Shown one piece after another: positions 20,090-29,559 of a DNA stretch of 64,000 bases (positions are counted from its first letter, which is position 1; the number at the start of each line of letters is the position of its first letter). The position numbers were made by a program, and so were the translations under genes. The notes beneath the pieces are model-generated. The model was not told the DNA's origin. It searched no databases and was given only the letters and a program-made list of their open reading frames with translations. The stretch spans positions 1-64,000 of the forward strand of contig JAWBBW010000005.1 of NCBI GenBank assembly GCA_038824035.1, written 5' to 3'. This stretch comes from Desulfurococcaceae archaeon. GTDB taxonomy: Archaea; Thermoproteota; Thermoprotei_A; Sulfolobales; Desulfurococcaceae.

Positions 20090-20188
20090 TCTGCCCTAGG
20101 TTCGCACGTTGTTAAAACTTATATATAAAATATTGTAATCATTAGATCTTAGAACCACGTGTACTCAAATGATCAGAGGGTAATTTAA

Positions 20189-20932
20189 TTGCCACATGGC
20201 AATATCAAGGCCATAATATTAGCAGGCGGCCTTGGCACTAGGTTTCACCCATACACGGAACTCATACCCAAGCCCATGATACCTCTAGGCCCAGATGAGA
20301 AGCCCGTATTGGAATATATAATCAAGTGGATCTCTAAATATGGCATAAGGAAATTTGTCTTCCTAGTTAATTATAGATGGAAATATATACATAACTATTT
20401 CAACAATAGATCAAGGTTTAACGTCGAGATAACTTACTCAATAGATGAAAAAGCCGGTTATGGTAATACCGGTGGTGCTATTTTAAAGGCATATAGAAAC
20501 GGGCTATTAAGCGAGAGGATCTTGATATGGTATGGGGATATATTGGCGCCAATAGATATCGATGACTTGGTCGATTACCATGTCAGGAGAAGAGCTGACT
20601 TAACCATCGTAGTTACGAGGAGATACAAAGTACCCGTGGGAGTTGCTAAGTATGATGAGAACTTCAGAGTGATAGATTTTCAGGAAAAACCAGAACTGGA
20701 TATAAACGCCGCTGTTGGTATAGCCGTGATGGAGACCAGGGTTTTTGATAACAATATAGAGAGCTTTCTCGGGAAGAATTTTGATTTCATGGGGGATTTT
20801 GTGCCATGGATGTTGAAAACAAGCCACAATGTTCTAGCATATGTTTACAATGGAGAATGGTATGACATGGGTAGTCTTGCACAGTATAAAAAACTAAATA
20901 TGGATAAAATTGTATTGTTCTTTCATTCATGA
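20189..20932 (+). CDS. Sugar-phosphate nucleotidyltransferase
   Basis: ILAGGLGTRF.P.T..PKPM, YGD, FQEKP, W.DMG. Confidence 0.92.
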   Translation: MPHGNIKAIILAGGLGTRFHPYTELIPKPMIPLGPDEKPVLEYIIKWISKYGIRKFVFLVNYRWKYIHNYFNNRSRFNVEITYSIDEKAGYGNTGGAILKAYRNGLLSERILIWYGDILAPIDIDDLVDYHVRRRADLTIVVTRRYKVPVGVAKYDENFRVIDFQEKPELDINAAVGIAVMETRVFDNNIESFLGKNFDFMGDFVPWMLKTSHNVLAYVYNGEWYDMGSLAQYKKLNMDKIVLFFHS

Positions 20933-21592
20933 GCCAAATGCCCTATCGCCAGCATCTCCTAGACCCGGCACGATATAGCCCTTGTTGTTTATTTCTGGGT
21001 CCACGGAGATCGTGTACAGTTTCAAGTAAATGTTGTTCTCATCTGTGAATTTCTTTAATTTCTCTATAGCAAGTGGTGTTGATATAACGGATGCTATGTA
21101 GTATTTCTTAGCCTTGCCTCGCTTGATAAGCTCGTTCAAGACAGCTATGAGGGTGGACCCAGTGGCTACCATTACATCGCTTATGACCACTATATTTTCA
21201 CTAGTGATCTTCGGTGTTTTCACGTATGAAATCTCTATGTCAAATTCGTAATCCCTCATACCCTTTTCCTCGACTCTCCTAGCCGCTACCACTCCTTGTT
21301 TTGCATTATAAAAGATCTTTATCAACCCCTCTGTTAATGGCCACGCCGCCCTGAGTATAGTTATTATGATCACGTTATCCATGTCCTTTATCCTAACACC
21401 TTTTACTTTGACGCCAAGAGGCGTTTCCACCGGTATTTCCTCTATGTCCATGTCCTCGACAATCTCTAGTCCGATTATCCTACCCAACCTAACTAGTCCT
21501 TTTCTAAACTCTATTTGCATCGTATCCTTGTTTCTCAGCGATGTTAGTATGCTTTGTGCATATTTCCTATTTATGATCTTTATTTCGAACAC
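20927..21592 (-). CDS. upp: Uracil phosphoribosyltransferase
   Basis: ILRAA, D.MVATGST, GYIVPGLGDAGDRAFG. Confidence 0.95.
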   Translation of the reverse strand: MFEIKIINRKYAQSILTSLRNKDTMQIEFRKGLVRLGRIIGLEIVEDMDIEEIPVETPLGVKVKGVRIKDMDNVIIITILRAAWPLTEGLIKIFYNAKQGVVAARRVEEKGMRDYEFDIEISYVKTPKITSENIVVISDVMVATGSTLIAVLNELIKRGKAKKYYIASVISTPLAIEKLKKFTDENNIYLKLYTISVDPEINNKGYIVPGLGDAGDRAFGS

Positions 21593-21730
21593 AAAGCCCT
21601 ATTTGGAGATAAGGAATCCAAAGGTATTTAATAGTTTCCAAATTACGTGTAAACAGTTGAACGGTTGATCGATACGGCTTACTAAGGTTTAAAAACCCTG
21701 CATCACAGCGTTTTAATTAGGTCTAGCTTA

Positions 21731-24700
21731 ATGGCGAGCCACGTGAACGAGTTAAGGGTAAGAGGCATTTATCGCCATGCATGCCCTAATTGCGGAGGAC
21801 CTATTAGTGATTTGAGATTACTTTTAAAGGCACCTTGTGAGGCCTGTTTACCAGAAGAGGATTTAGCAAAGGTACTCGAGATTATGTCAAAAGACATCGA
21901 TATGGCTAGGAGACTTAAGATGTTCTATGCCCTTACAAGACGAGAGGGCGATTTAAAGAAGATCATAGATGAAGAGTTGGAATTTATTCGTTTCGAGAAA
22001 TTTTTCGAAACAGCAACCGGGGGTTACAAAATGTGGAGTTCTCAGAAAACATGGGCTCGTAGAGTCCTCAGGGGATTCTCTTTCAGTATTATTGCCCCGA
22101 CAGGCACGGGTAAAACAGTGTTTTCACTAATAATGGCATTGTACATAGTCACAAAGTTCAAGAACAGGGGTGTTTCAAAGGTATACTTGGTCTTCCCAAC
22201 TCTCCCACTTTTATTACAAGCTGAGAGAAAGCTTGTGCAATTCGCCAATAATTTATCTCTCAAACTATGTAGTGATGAGGAATGGGGAAATAATTGTATA
22301 AAAGTACTGCACGCATCTGGTAAATTGAATAAAGAAGAGAGGGAAAGAGTGCTAGAGAGGCTTAAAGCAGGGGATTTCGACATATTTATGTCAACAAGCG
22401 CCTTTATACACAGAAACATTGACATAATACCCAAGGGAATCTACAAACTAATAGTCATGGACGATGTCGATGCCGTCTTAAAGAGTGGTAGAGCTGTGAG
22501 GAGGTTATTGAACATAATAGGGCTGAATGACGAGGTCATTGATAAGGGATTGGAGCTAATAAAACATAGAGCCAGATTGGCCTTTGTAACCGAGAACAGG
22601 GAACAAGTTGAGCAACAGATCAGAAAACTCGAAGAGGAGATCGAGAGGGCTAAGGCTAGTATAAAAACCATTCTTTTAGTTAATAGTGCAACGGGTAGAC
22701 CCCGTGGGATCTATCCAAAGTTATTCAAAATATTCTTGAATTTCGAAGCTGGTGCAAAACCCGAAGCTATTAGGAACATTGTGGACACATACACTATTCC
22801 CACCACCACCATGGAAAATAGACTCGTAGAGCTTGTCTCGAAACTCAGAGATGGTATATTGATATTCGTCCCCGTAGATAAGGGAATAGAATATGCGGAG
22901 GACATAGCATCGCTATTGAGAAAAAATGGATTTAACGCTGAAGCATATCATGCCAGGAAAGATGTTGATGTAATAAACAGGTTTGCCAAAGGGGAGATAA
23001 ATGTACTTGTTGGAGTAGCTACATATTATGGTGTTATGGTACGTGGAATAGACTTACCAGAGAGAGTCAAATACGTGATATTCACTGGTGTTCCTCGACA
23101 CAAGTTTAGCTCCAGGCTAGAGAACGTATCACCACAGGATATTCTGAGATTACTAGTTTTAATTAGGGATATTACAGAGGGCGAGGAGAAAAGTGTTGTT
23201 GAAAAACTGATCGGGAGGTTATCTAGGAGATTAAAAAGAATTAGTCAGGGCGTTTTGTTGAAACTTCGCGAGGAATTCGTAAACGCGCTTGCTGGATCGC
23301 CGTCTCAATCAGCCATCGTGAAAGACCTATTAGATGCATATAAGATATTGAAGAGAAAACTAGAGATGCCTGATACGTGGAGTAAACTTGAGAAACTAGG
23401 CGATATAGGCCTAGTGAGGGAGGGGAACGAATATTACTTATTAATACCAGATATAGCGACCTATATCCAGGCTAGTGGAAGAGCTTCTAGGCTTTATCCA
23501 GGTGGTATAACAAAGGGGCTATCAATAATAATAGTTGACGACGTTAGGTTACTCAATGGATTAGTTAAACGAATGAGGTGGATCTTCGAGGATTTCTCAA
23601 TACGTGAATTATCAGAGATCGATCTTGACGGGCTAAAGAGGACTATAGAAGACGAGAGAAAGCTTGTCACAGAGATTATTAATGGGAAAATAAAGCCTGA
23701 TAAACAAGTCGAATTAGTGAAGACAGCGCTACTTATCGTGGAGTCTCCCAATAAGGCTAAGACAATCGCTAATTTCTTTGGCAAGCCGAGCATAAGAGTC
23801 CTCGGAAATGGCTTACAATCATATGAGGTGAGTATTGGTAATTATGTCCTCTCAATAATTGCCAGCGCTGGACATGTATATGACCTTGTGACAGATGATA
23901 AACCAATTGAAGCCGAGAAATATGAACACCTGTATGGAGTATTGAAAACAGAACAAGGATTTATACCTATATATACTGATATAAAGAAATGTCCCAATGG
24001 CCATCAATTCACCGAGGAGATATTGGATCGATTCAAGTGCCCGAAATGCCCCCCTGATCAAATGATTATGGTTCAGAGAAAATTAGATGTTATCAAGACA
24101 CTGAGAGATCTAGCGAGAGAAGTGGACCTCGTCCTAATAGGCACTGACCCCGATGCTGAAGGAGAGAAAATAGCATGGGATCTGAGAGTTATGCTAGAAC
24201 CATATGCTAGGGAGATTAAGAGAATAGAATTCCATGAAGTGACGAGGAGGGCCTTGCTAGCAGCACTCGTAAATCCAAGGGACTTTGACACCAGGCTTGT
24301 CGAAGCACAGATTGTCAGGAGAGTTGAGGATCGATGGCTAGGTTTCTCGCTTTCACATAAAGTTCAGAAATATGCATGGCTTAGATACTGCCTAGAGTAC
24401 TTAACCAGTAAAAGCGTGGAAAAGAGGGCCTGCTGCAGTATTAACAGAAATCTCAGTGCTGGCCGTGTTCAAACCCCTGTGCTCGAGTTCATTATAAACG
24501 AGTATGAGAAAGGTAAGAAACCAGAATACATGAAATACGCCGTATTCATGGAGATCAATGGTAAAAAGGTATCAATGATCCTGAGCTATGATGAAGCAGT
24601 TAAAATAGGTCTGGTTGATATCAGCGGCAAGAAAGTAAAAGATATGCCCCCGGTAGAAGCCGAGATAGTCGAGGAATATAAAGAGGAAATATCTCCGCCA

Positions 24701-25660
24701 CCACCATTCACAACTGATACCATGCTCGAGGAGGCATCAAGAACATTGGGCCTCACCACGACACGTGCCATGGAAATAGCCCAGGATCTCTTTGAAATGG
24801 GGTTTATAACATATCATAGAACAGATAGCACGAGAGTGAGTGATGTTGGAATAAACATTGCGAAACAATATTTAGACGAGAAATATGGTGAAGAATCTAA
24901 AAATATGTTCAAACCACGGGTATGGGGAACTGGTGGAGCTCATGAAGCCATTAGGCCTACAAGGCCTATAGATGCTGATAGATTAGTTGAATTACTCAAA
25001 GAAGGTGTGATAATGGTTCCTATAAGGATAACTAGAGATCACGTGAGACTATATGATCTGATCTTCAGGAGATTTGTGGCTAGTCAAATGAGAAACGCCG
25101 TGGTCGAGAAACAGAGAATCAAAATCAAGATCAATGGTTTTGAGCGTATCATCGAAATACCAGTGGAAATAGTTGAGAGAGGTTATATCGAGATGTATAA
25201 CAATATTGGCACGGTGTTTCAAAGACTTGGAAATAAGGGAGATAAGTTATATGGATATGTGAGTTCAATCTCCAAGTTAAAACCACCATTGCCAAGATTT
25301 CACGATGTTATTAAATGGATGAAGGAGAACGGCATAGGGAGGCCGAGTACTTATGCTAAAATCGTGCAAACGCTTCTAGATAGAAGATATGTTGATGTAT
25401 CTAAGAAAGCGAAAGCGTTGATCCCGCAGGCACGAGGCAAATATATCTTGGATTTTCTAAAGACATATTACGGGGATGTCGTCAGCGTGGAAACCACGAG
25501 GAAATTGGAGAAAATCATGCAGGAAATAGAAGAGGGCAAAGCGAATTACCAAGATGTGCTCAATGCCTTATTCAACGAGGTCAAAGAGAGAGTCATAGAT
25601 AACACACATGTAAATACAGAGCTGGAAAAGTTCTATGTAGACACGTGTGGTGCATATTAA
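21731..25660 (+). CDS. rgy: Reverse gyrase
   Basis: N-terminal CPNC..C..C Zn finger; APTGTGKT, DDVD, YIQASGRASR; topoisomerase IA part VESPNKA, TDPDAEGE, SAGRVQTP, ITYHRTDS, GIGRPSTY. Confidence 0.97.
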   Translation: MASHVNELRVRGIYRHACPNCGGPISDLRLLLKAPCEACLPEEDLAKVLEIMSKDIDMARRLKMFYALTRREGDLKKIIDEELEFIRFEKFFETATGGYKMWSSQKTWARRVLRGFSFSIIAPTGTGKTVFSLIMALYIVTKFKNRGVSKVYLVFPTLPLLLQAERKLVQFANNLSLKLCSDEEWGNNCIKVLHASGKLNKEERERVLERLKAGDFDIFMSTSAFIHRNIDIIPKGIYKLIVMDDVDAVLKSGRAVRRLLNIIGLNDEVIDKGLELIKHRARLAFVTENREQVEQQIRKLEEEIERAKASIKTILLVNSATGRPRGIYPKLFKIFLNFEAGAKPEAIRNIVDTYTIPTTTMENRLVELVSKLRDGILIFVPVDKGIEYAEDIASLLRKNGFNAEAYHARKDVDVINRFAKGEINVLVGVATYYGVMVRGIDLPERVKYVIFTGVPRHKFSSRLENVSPQDILRLLVLIRDITEGEEKSVVEKLIGRLSRRLKRISQGVLLKLREEFVNALAGSPSQSAIVKDLLDAYKILKRKLEMPDTWSKLEKLGDIGLVREGNEYYLLIPDIATYIQASGRASRLYPGGITKGLSIIIVDDVRLLNGLVKRMRWIFEDFSIRELSEIDLDGLKRTIEDERKLVTEIINGKIKPDKQVELVKTALLIVESPNKAKTIANFFGKPSIRVLGNGLQSYEVSIGNYVLSIIASAGHVYDLVTDDKPIEAEKYEHLYGVLKTEQGFIPIYTDIKKCPNGHQFTEEILDRFKCPKCPPDQMIMVQRKLDVIKTLRDLAREVDLVLIGTDPDAEGEKIAWDLRVMLEPYAREIKRIEFHEVTRRALLAALVNPRDFDTRLVEAQIVRRVEDRWLGFSLSHKVQKYAWLRYCLEYLTSKSVEKRACCSINRNLSAGRVQTPVLEFIINEYEKGKKPEYMKYAVFMEINGKKVSMILSYDEAVKIGLVDISGKKVKDMPPVEAEIVEEYKEEISPPPPFTTDTMLEEASRTLGLTTTRAMEIAQDLFEMGFITYHRTDSTRVSDVGINIAKQYLDEKYGEESKNMFKPRVWGTGGAHEAIRPTRPIDADRLVELLKEGVIMVPIRITRDHVRLYDLIFRRFVASQMRNAVVEKQRIKIKINGFERIIEIPVEIVERGYIEMYNNIGTVFQRLGNKGDKLYGYVSSISKLKPPLPRFHDVIKWMKENGIGRPSTYAKIVQTLLDRRYVDVSKKAKALIPQARGKYILDFLKTYYGDVVSVETTRKLEKIMQEIEEGKANYQDVLNALFNEVKERVIDNTHVNTELEKFYVDTCGAY

Positions 25661-26569
25661 GTGTCTACATTTGATCTCAAGATCATAGATCTAAGCAATA
25701 ACATGCCGGGCATAAAGCTGGGCATAGCCCATATAACAGTAATACGCGACTCTTTCGCAACTAACCTTGACTTGATGAGAAAGGTGGCTTTCATAGCCAG
25801 CGAGGGAAATGTGAAATCCATTATCCTACCTTATCACATGCCCTATGGACCCGTTCTACACTTCATGGACAATAGATCCCTGTCTACTGTTAAGATAAAC
25901 CCATACTTATATAATGTGAGTAGGAAACATCCATATACGAGGGCGCTTAAATACGTCGCCACAAACTATGACATGAGCATAATATCCCCAGGTTTAATAG
26001 AAAAGAGCGGTTCCAGGTACTACATCTCGGCGTTTTTCAGCACGAGCGAATTAAATGGCATGATCACCAGTAGGAGAAAAATAGTCCTGTCAGATTTCGA
26101 GAGAAAATTAGGCATTATGCCGGGAAAGACAATAGAAATATTTAGAGATAGATACGCAAGATATTTTGTCCTATTAGATGAAGAAATATACGTGCCCGAG
26201 TTGATCAGGATTGCTGGCTTAGAGAGAACAGATATCATAATAACCTCGAGCGTTTTTCCGCACAATCCAAACAATTTCGTCACTTTATTAAGAGCTCTCG
26301 CCATGATCTCCGGTGTATGGGTAATCAACAGTGGTGGCATATTCATTAATACTAAAGCCGATAACGCGATCAATATTCCATCAATCATCATCAACCCGGA
26401 AGGAGAGGTCGTGGGCCACTACAATGATTCCACACCAGCATTGATAACAATATCATATAAAATGTTTAAAACCAGTGAGTCGAAGAGCCATAGTGGAAGA
26501 GTGAAGTACATTATTAACACATATATTAATATCCTAAGAAGGCATTTGAGAAAATTGAGCATAGAATGA
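25661..26569 (+). CDS. Carbon-nitrogen hydrolase (nitrilase) fold protein, catalytic residues degenerate
   Basis: IILPY, RRKIVL....E...I.PG, LLDEEIYVPE, SIIINPEGEVV. Confidence 0.65.
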   Translation: MSTFDLKIIDLSNNMPGIKLGIAHITVIRDSFATNLDLMRKVAFIASEGNVKSIILPYHMPYGPVLHFMDNRSLSTVKINPYLYNVSRKHPYTRALKYVATNYDMSIISPGLIEKSGSRYYISAFFSTSELNGMITSRRKIVLSDFERKLGIMPGKTIEIFRDRYARYFVLLDEEIYVPELIRIAGLERTDIIITSSVFPHNPNNFVTLLRALAMISGVWVINSGGIFINTKADNAINIPSIIINPEGEVVGHYNDSTPALITISYKMFKTSESKSHSGRVKYIINTYINILRRHLRKLSIE

Positions 26570-26587
26570 AACGACCAGGTGATTTAA

Positions 26588-26944
26588 ATGGATGAGAAAG
26601 TCATACCCATAAAAACGAGTAGTTTCAACGACCTAGTAAGGCTTGCTGCATCAACCATGATACCTCATCAACTCACTACATATATGATCAAGTTCAAGCA
26701 CAAGGATAAAATAGTGATCGGTCTTTTAGGGGTATTCAGGGATTATTATAAATATTATGGAATCCCTGTTTTCTATTACTATACATTCGACAGCAATGAC
26801 ATAGCTGTAATAGAGGCCAACTATGTCATATTACACACTGATAGGGATGGATTCGAGTTGTCTAAAAACCCAAAACCAGGTATAACAATTCCATTAATAA
26901 ACCTCGCTGAAAGACCAATGTTTATACCGGATGATATATGTTAG
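26588..26944 (+). CDS. Conserved-looking hypothetical protein
   Basis: 118 aa with GGTGA RBS; [15 protein letters not shown]. Confidence 0.75.
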   Translation: MDEKVIPIKTSSFNDLVRLAASTMIPHQLTTYMIKFKHKDKIVIGLLGVFRDYYKYYGIPVFYYYTFDSNDIAVIEANYVILHTDRDGFELSKNPKPGITIPLINLAERPMFIPDDIC

Positions 26945-27339
26945 CGGGGCCTGATGATCAACCTAGAGTTTAGAACTACCCAGTACTCAATTTCCATGCC
27001 TACTGTTAATTTATCCAAGATCTTTTCATCTACCAGAGATTTTTCAACTTCAAATGTCTCAAAGCTCTCATTATCCATCACTTGGAATCTATCGCCCATA
27101 TCCGCTATGATCTGGCCAATTCTTTTCTCGATCACAGGCACCTCTACTTGGCTATCGGCCGGCGCCACTAAGGTTTTCTTGGATTTTGAGAAAAGACCTA
27201 TTGCTACGACATTTGCCTTGGCACTTCCATGTTTACCTGTCTTGGCTTTTGAGATCTCGACAATTCTGCATGGCTCTCCATCTATGATTATGAAACTACC
27301 TGGTTTCAGATTACCAAGGGTTTCATACGTCTTACTCAT
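26941..27339 (-). CDS. eif5a: Translation factor aIF5A
   Basis: Hypusine loop [12 protein letters not shown]; start ATG 27339 after GGTGA. Confidence 0.97.
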   Translation of the reverse strand: MSKTYETLGNLKPGSFIIIDGEPCRIVEISKAKTGKHGSAKANVVAIGLFSKSKKTLVAPADSQVEVPVIEKRIGQIIADMGDRFQVMDNESFETFEVEKSLVDEKILDKLTVGMEIEYWVVLNSRLIIRPR

Positions 27340-27394
27340 GTTATCACCCAATGTGACTAAGCTATTCACATATTTATCATCACGTATTTATAAA

Positions 27395-28507
27395 CTAATA
27401 ACTAACGGCTTTGACCACCATAAACCTGTTGTAATCTATCAACACTTTGTAATAACCACTCAGTTTCCTATCCAACTCCTGATCGCCAGTATCTATTAAT
27501 AAATTCTTTATATCCATGATCTTTCTCCTAGTGGCTATCACTATTATATCATCCCTCTGTATCCTTGAAAGAACCAATGGTGATATTTGTTGATTACCTC
27601 TTCCAAATAAAAAGCCCTGGTTACCTATTGGCGACACAACGAGTTTCACTCTCCCATATCTACTCAGGATATCCAAGAGCTCTTTTTCCCCCACATCTTT
27701 AGCTATTATTTTCCCATTCACCAAGACATCTACGCCTAGAAGAGTGCACTCGATGTTTAGTTTCTTGCAAATGGTCTTCACCGTGGAGCCAGGACCGAGG
27801 ACGTATGGGATATGGGGCTCCATGCTTTCGATCACATAGTCCGCTATGGCCTCTTTTGCTTCGTCATCCAGTGAATCATAAGTGGTCTTGGCCGATTGCA
27901 CCAACCAAGAGTAAATAGGCATCTTTAAATAACAATATAGCTTTACTATTAACTCGTTTCTACGAAAAGCATCCTCATCGATATCTAAGACCTCGCGCTC
28001 GACGATCTCTGTTTCACCCTTCACGAAGTGTTCAAACAACATGGCTGCCGCCCTTGGACTAACTGCGAAAACGCTGCTGTACATCTTGACACCACTTGGC
28101 ACCCCTATGACTGGTAACGAAGTATTGATCGCAAGGCATATATCCCGTGCTGTTCCATCACCACCAACGAATATGATAATGTCCACTTTACCAATCATTT
28201 CCCTGGCGATCCTTTGAGTATCCTTACACGTGGTTGGCAAAGATATCTGCCCTACAATCCCCACTAATTTATCTCTGTGAACACTTTTTTCAACAACTTC
28301 TGATCCCATCACACCAGGCGCCGAAATTATCGTGAAATTGTGAATACGTATATTGTTTAAAAATTCCAATGCCCTTTTAGGGGCAATCGGTTCAGCGCCT
28401 TTTTCGATGGCCAACTTATACACATCACCATCTGTACCCTTTAATCCAACCCTACCCCCCATACCTGCAATAGGGTTCACTATGAAACCCGCTTGGATAT
28501 CCGGCAT
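27395..28507 (-). CDS. ATP-NAD/AcoX kinase family protein
   Basis: NPIAGMGGRVGLKGTDG, GGDGTARD, GVKMYS, GNQGFLFGRGNQQ. Confidence 0.88.
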   Translation of the reverse strand: MPDIQAGFIVNPIAGMGGRVGLKGTDGDVYKLAIEKGAEPIAPKRALEFLNNIRIHNFTIISAPGVMGSEVVEKSVHRDKLVGIVGQISLPTTCKDTQRIAREMIGKVDIIIFVGGDGTARDICLAINTSLPVIGVPSGVKMYSSVFAVSPRAAAMLFEHFVKGETEIVEREVLDIDEDAFRRNELIVKLYCYLKMPIYSWLVQSAKTTYDSLDDEAKEAIADYVIESMEPHIPYVLGPGSTVKTICKKLNIECTLLGVDVLVNGKIIAKDVGEKELLDILSRYGRVKLVVSPIGNQGFLFGRGNQQISPLVLSRIQRDDIIVIATRRKIMDIKNLLIDTGDQELDRKLSGYYKVLIDYNRFMVVKAVSY

Positions 28508-28519
28508 CGGATCGCTACC

Positions 28520-29356
28520 CTATAATTGCCCTATCATTGTGACATTGTTTCTGTGAACTTTATACACACCGGGCTCTACTAACTCCACGTGCTTCTTCGC
28601 ATCGATATCAAGGTATTCAATAATACTTATCGAGCCCATGGCCACGATCCCGTTTGACACATATCTCATGAATAAATAATAGTTTCTCAAATCATCTTCA
28701 ACTATTCCCTTGATCCAGTGCGTGACATACAGGTAGCTATCCCTATTGTGTAGAAATAAAAGACCGGTATTCAACGCGCTCCTCTCTACTACGTAATCCT
28801 TGGCTAATTCATATGTCTCACTCAAGCATTTATCCATATCATTTCCTTTCCCAATACATTCCTCTACATTGTTCATCACGAAATACCCAAGCAACTCTGA
28901 ATCCACCCTGATCCATGGATAGACACCAAATTGTTTGGCTAATTTCTCCTTGTAAGCACCGCCATTATGGGCGAACCACATTGCCCCGTTTTCCGCTAAG
29001 TACATAAATGGGTGTAAATATTCAACCCCGTATGGCTCTTTCCTAGAGGCTTTTCTGGCATGTATTAACAAATATACTTCTTCATACCCCTTTAGCCTAT
29101 TGATTATCAGGTCCATTAGCCTTTTCGAATACTCGTCAAATATTGGGTTAAGTACTTTGTTAGATATCACACTCGGTGTATTATCCACATAACCTACCAC
29201 TACTATGCCCCAACCATCATCGTGAGAGACGATCGCACCTTTACTCGCTTTTTCCAAGTAGGGGTCATATTTATTGCTTTCAACGAATGCGTGGAGAAAT
29301 GCCTTAGCGTGATCTAGGTTATTCCTTGTCACATACATTGCTAATAATCTACACAA
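28520..29356 (-). CDS. Class II glutamine amidotransferase (Ntn hydrolase)
   Basis: Start re-called at TTG 29356 giving M-C-R-L-L (N-terminal Cys nucleophile); HDDGWG, HARKAS, HPF, AHNG, DSE. Confidence 0.9.
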   Translation of the reverse strand: MCRLLAMYVTRNNLDHAKAFLHAFVESNKYDPYLEKASKGAIVSHDDGWGIVVVGYVDNTPSVISNKVLNPIFDEYSKRLMDLIINRLKGYEEVYLLIHARKASRKEPYGVEYLHPFMYLAENGAMWFAHNGGAYKEKLAKQFGVYPWIRVDSELLGYFVMNNVEECIGKGNDMDKCLSETYELAKDYVVERSALNTGLLFLHNRDSYLYVTHWIKGIVEDDLRNYYLFMRYVSNGIVAMGSISIIEYLDIDAKKHVELVEPGVYKVHRNNVTMIGQL

Positions 29357-29407
29357 GTGGATACACCAATTAAAATGAATTAAGGAGAACATTAAAAGAG
29401 ATTGTGC

Positions 29408-29464
29408 TCAGTGAAAATAAAAATCAATCACTCTTCACTTGTCCGTGTTCGGATCCTTCATCAT
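29408..29464 (-). ncRNA. C/D-box sRNA candidate
   Basis: Minus strand: ATGATGA-AGGATCCGAACA-CGGA-CAA-GTGAAGA-...-CTGA; intergenic; TATATAAA upstream. Confidence 0.5.
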
Positions 29465-29559
29465 TCAGCTATTTATAGAAAATTCTAAGACCAGGTTTTA
29501 TATAGTATCCATGTAGATCAAGACTCCTTAGCCATGGACCTATGTATATGGATATACAA

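Noticed and set aside
21731-25660. Possible intein in the 1309-aa reverse gyrase
   Set aside because: No intein splice-junction or LAGLIDADG motifs; the domains run continuously
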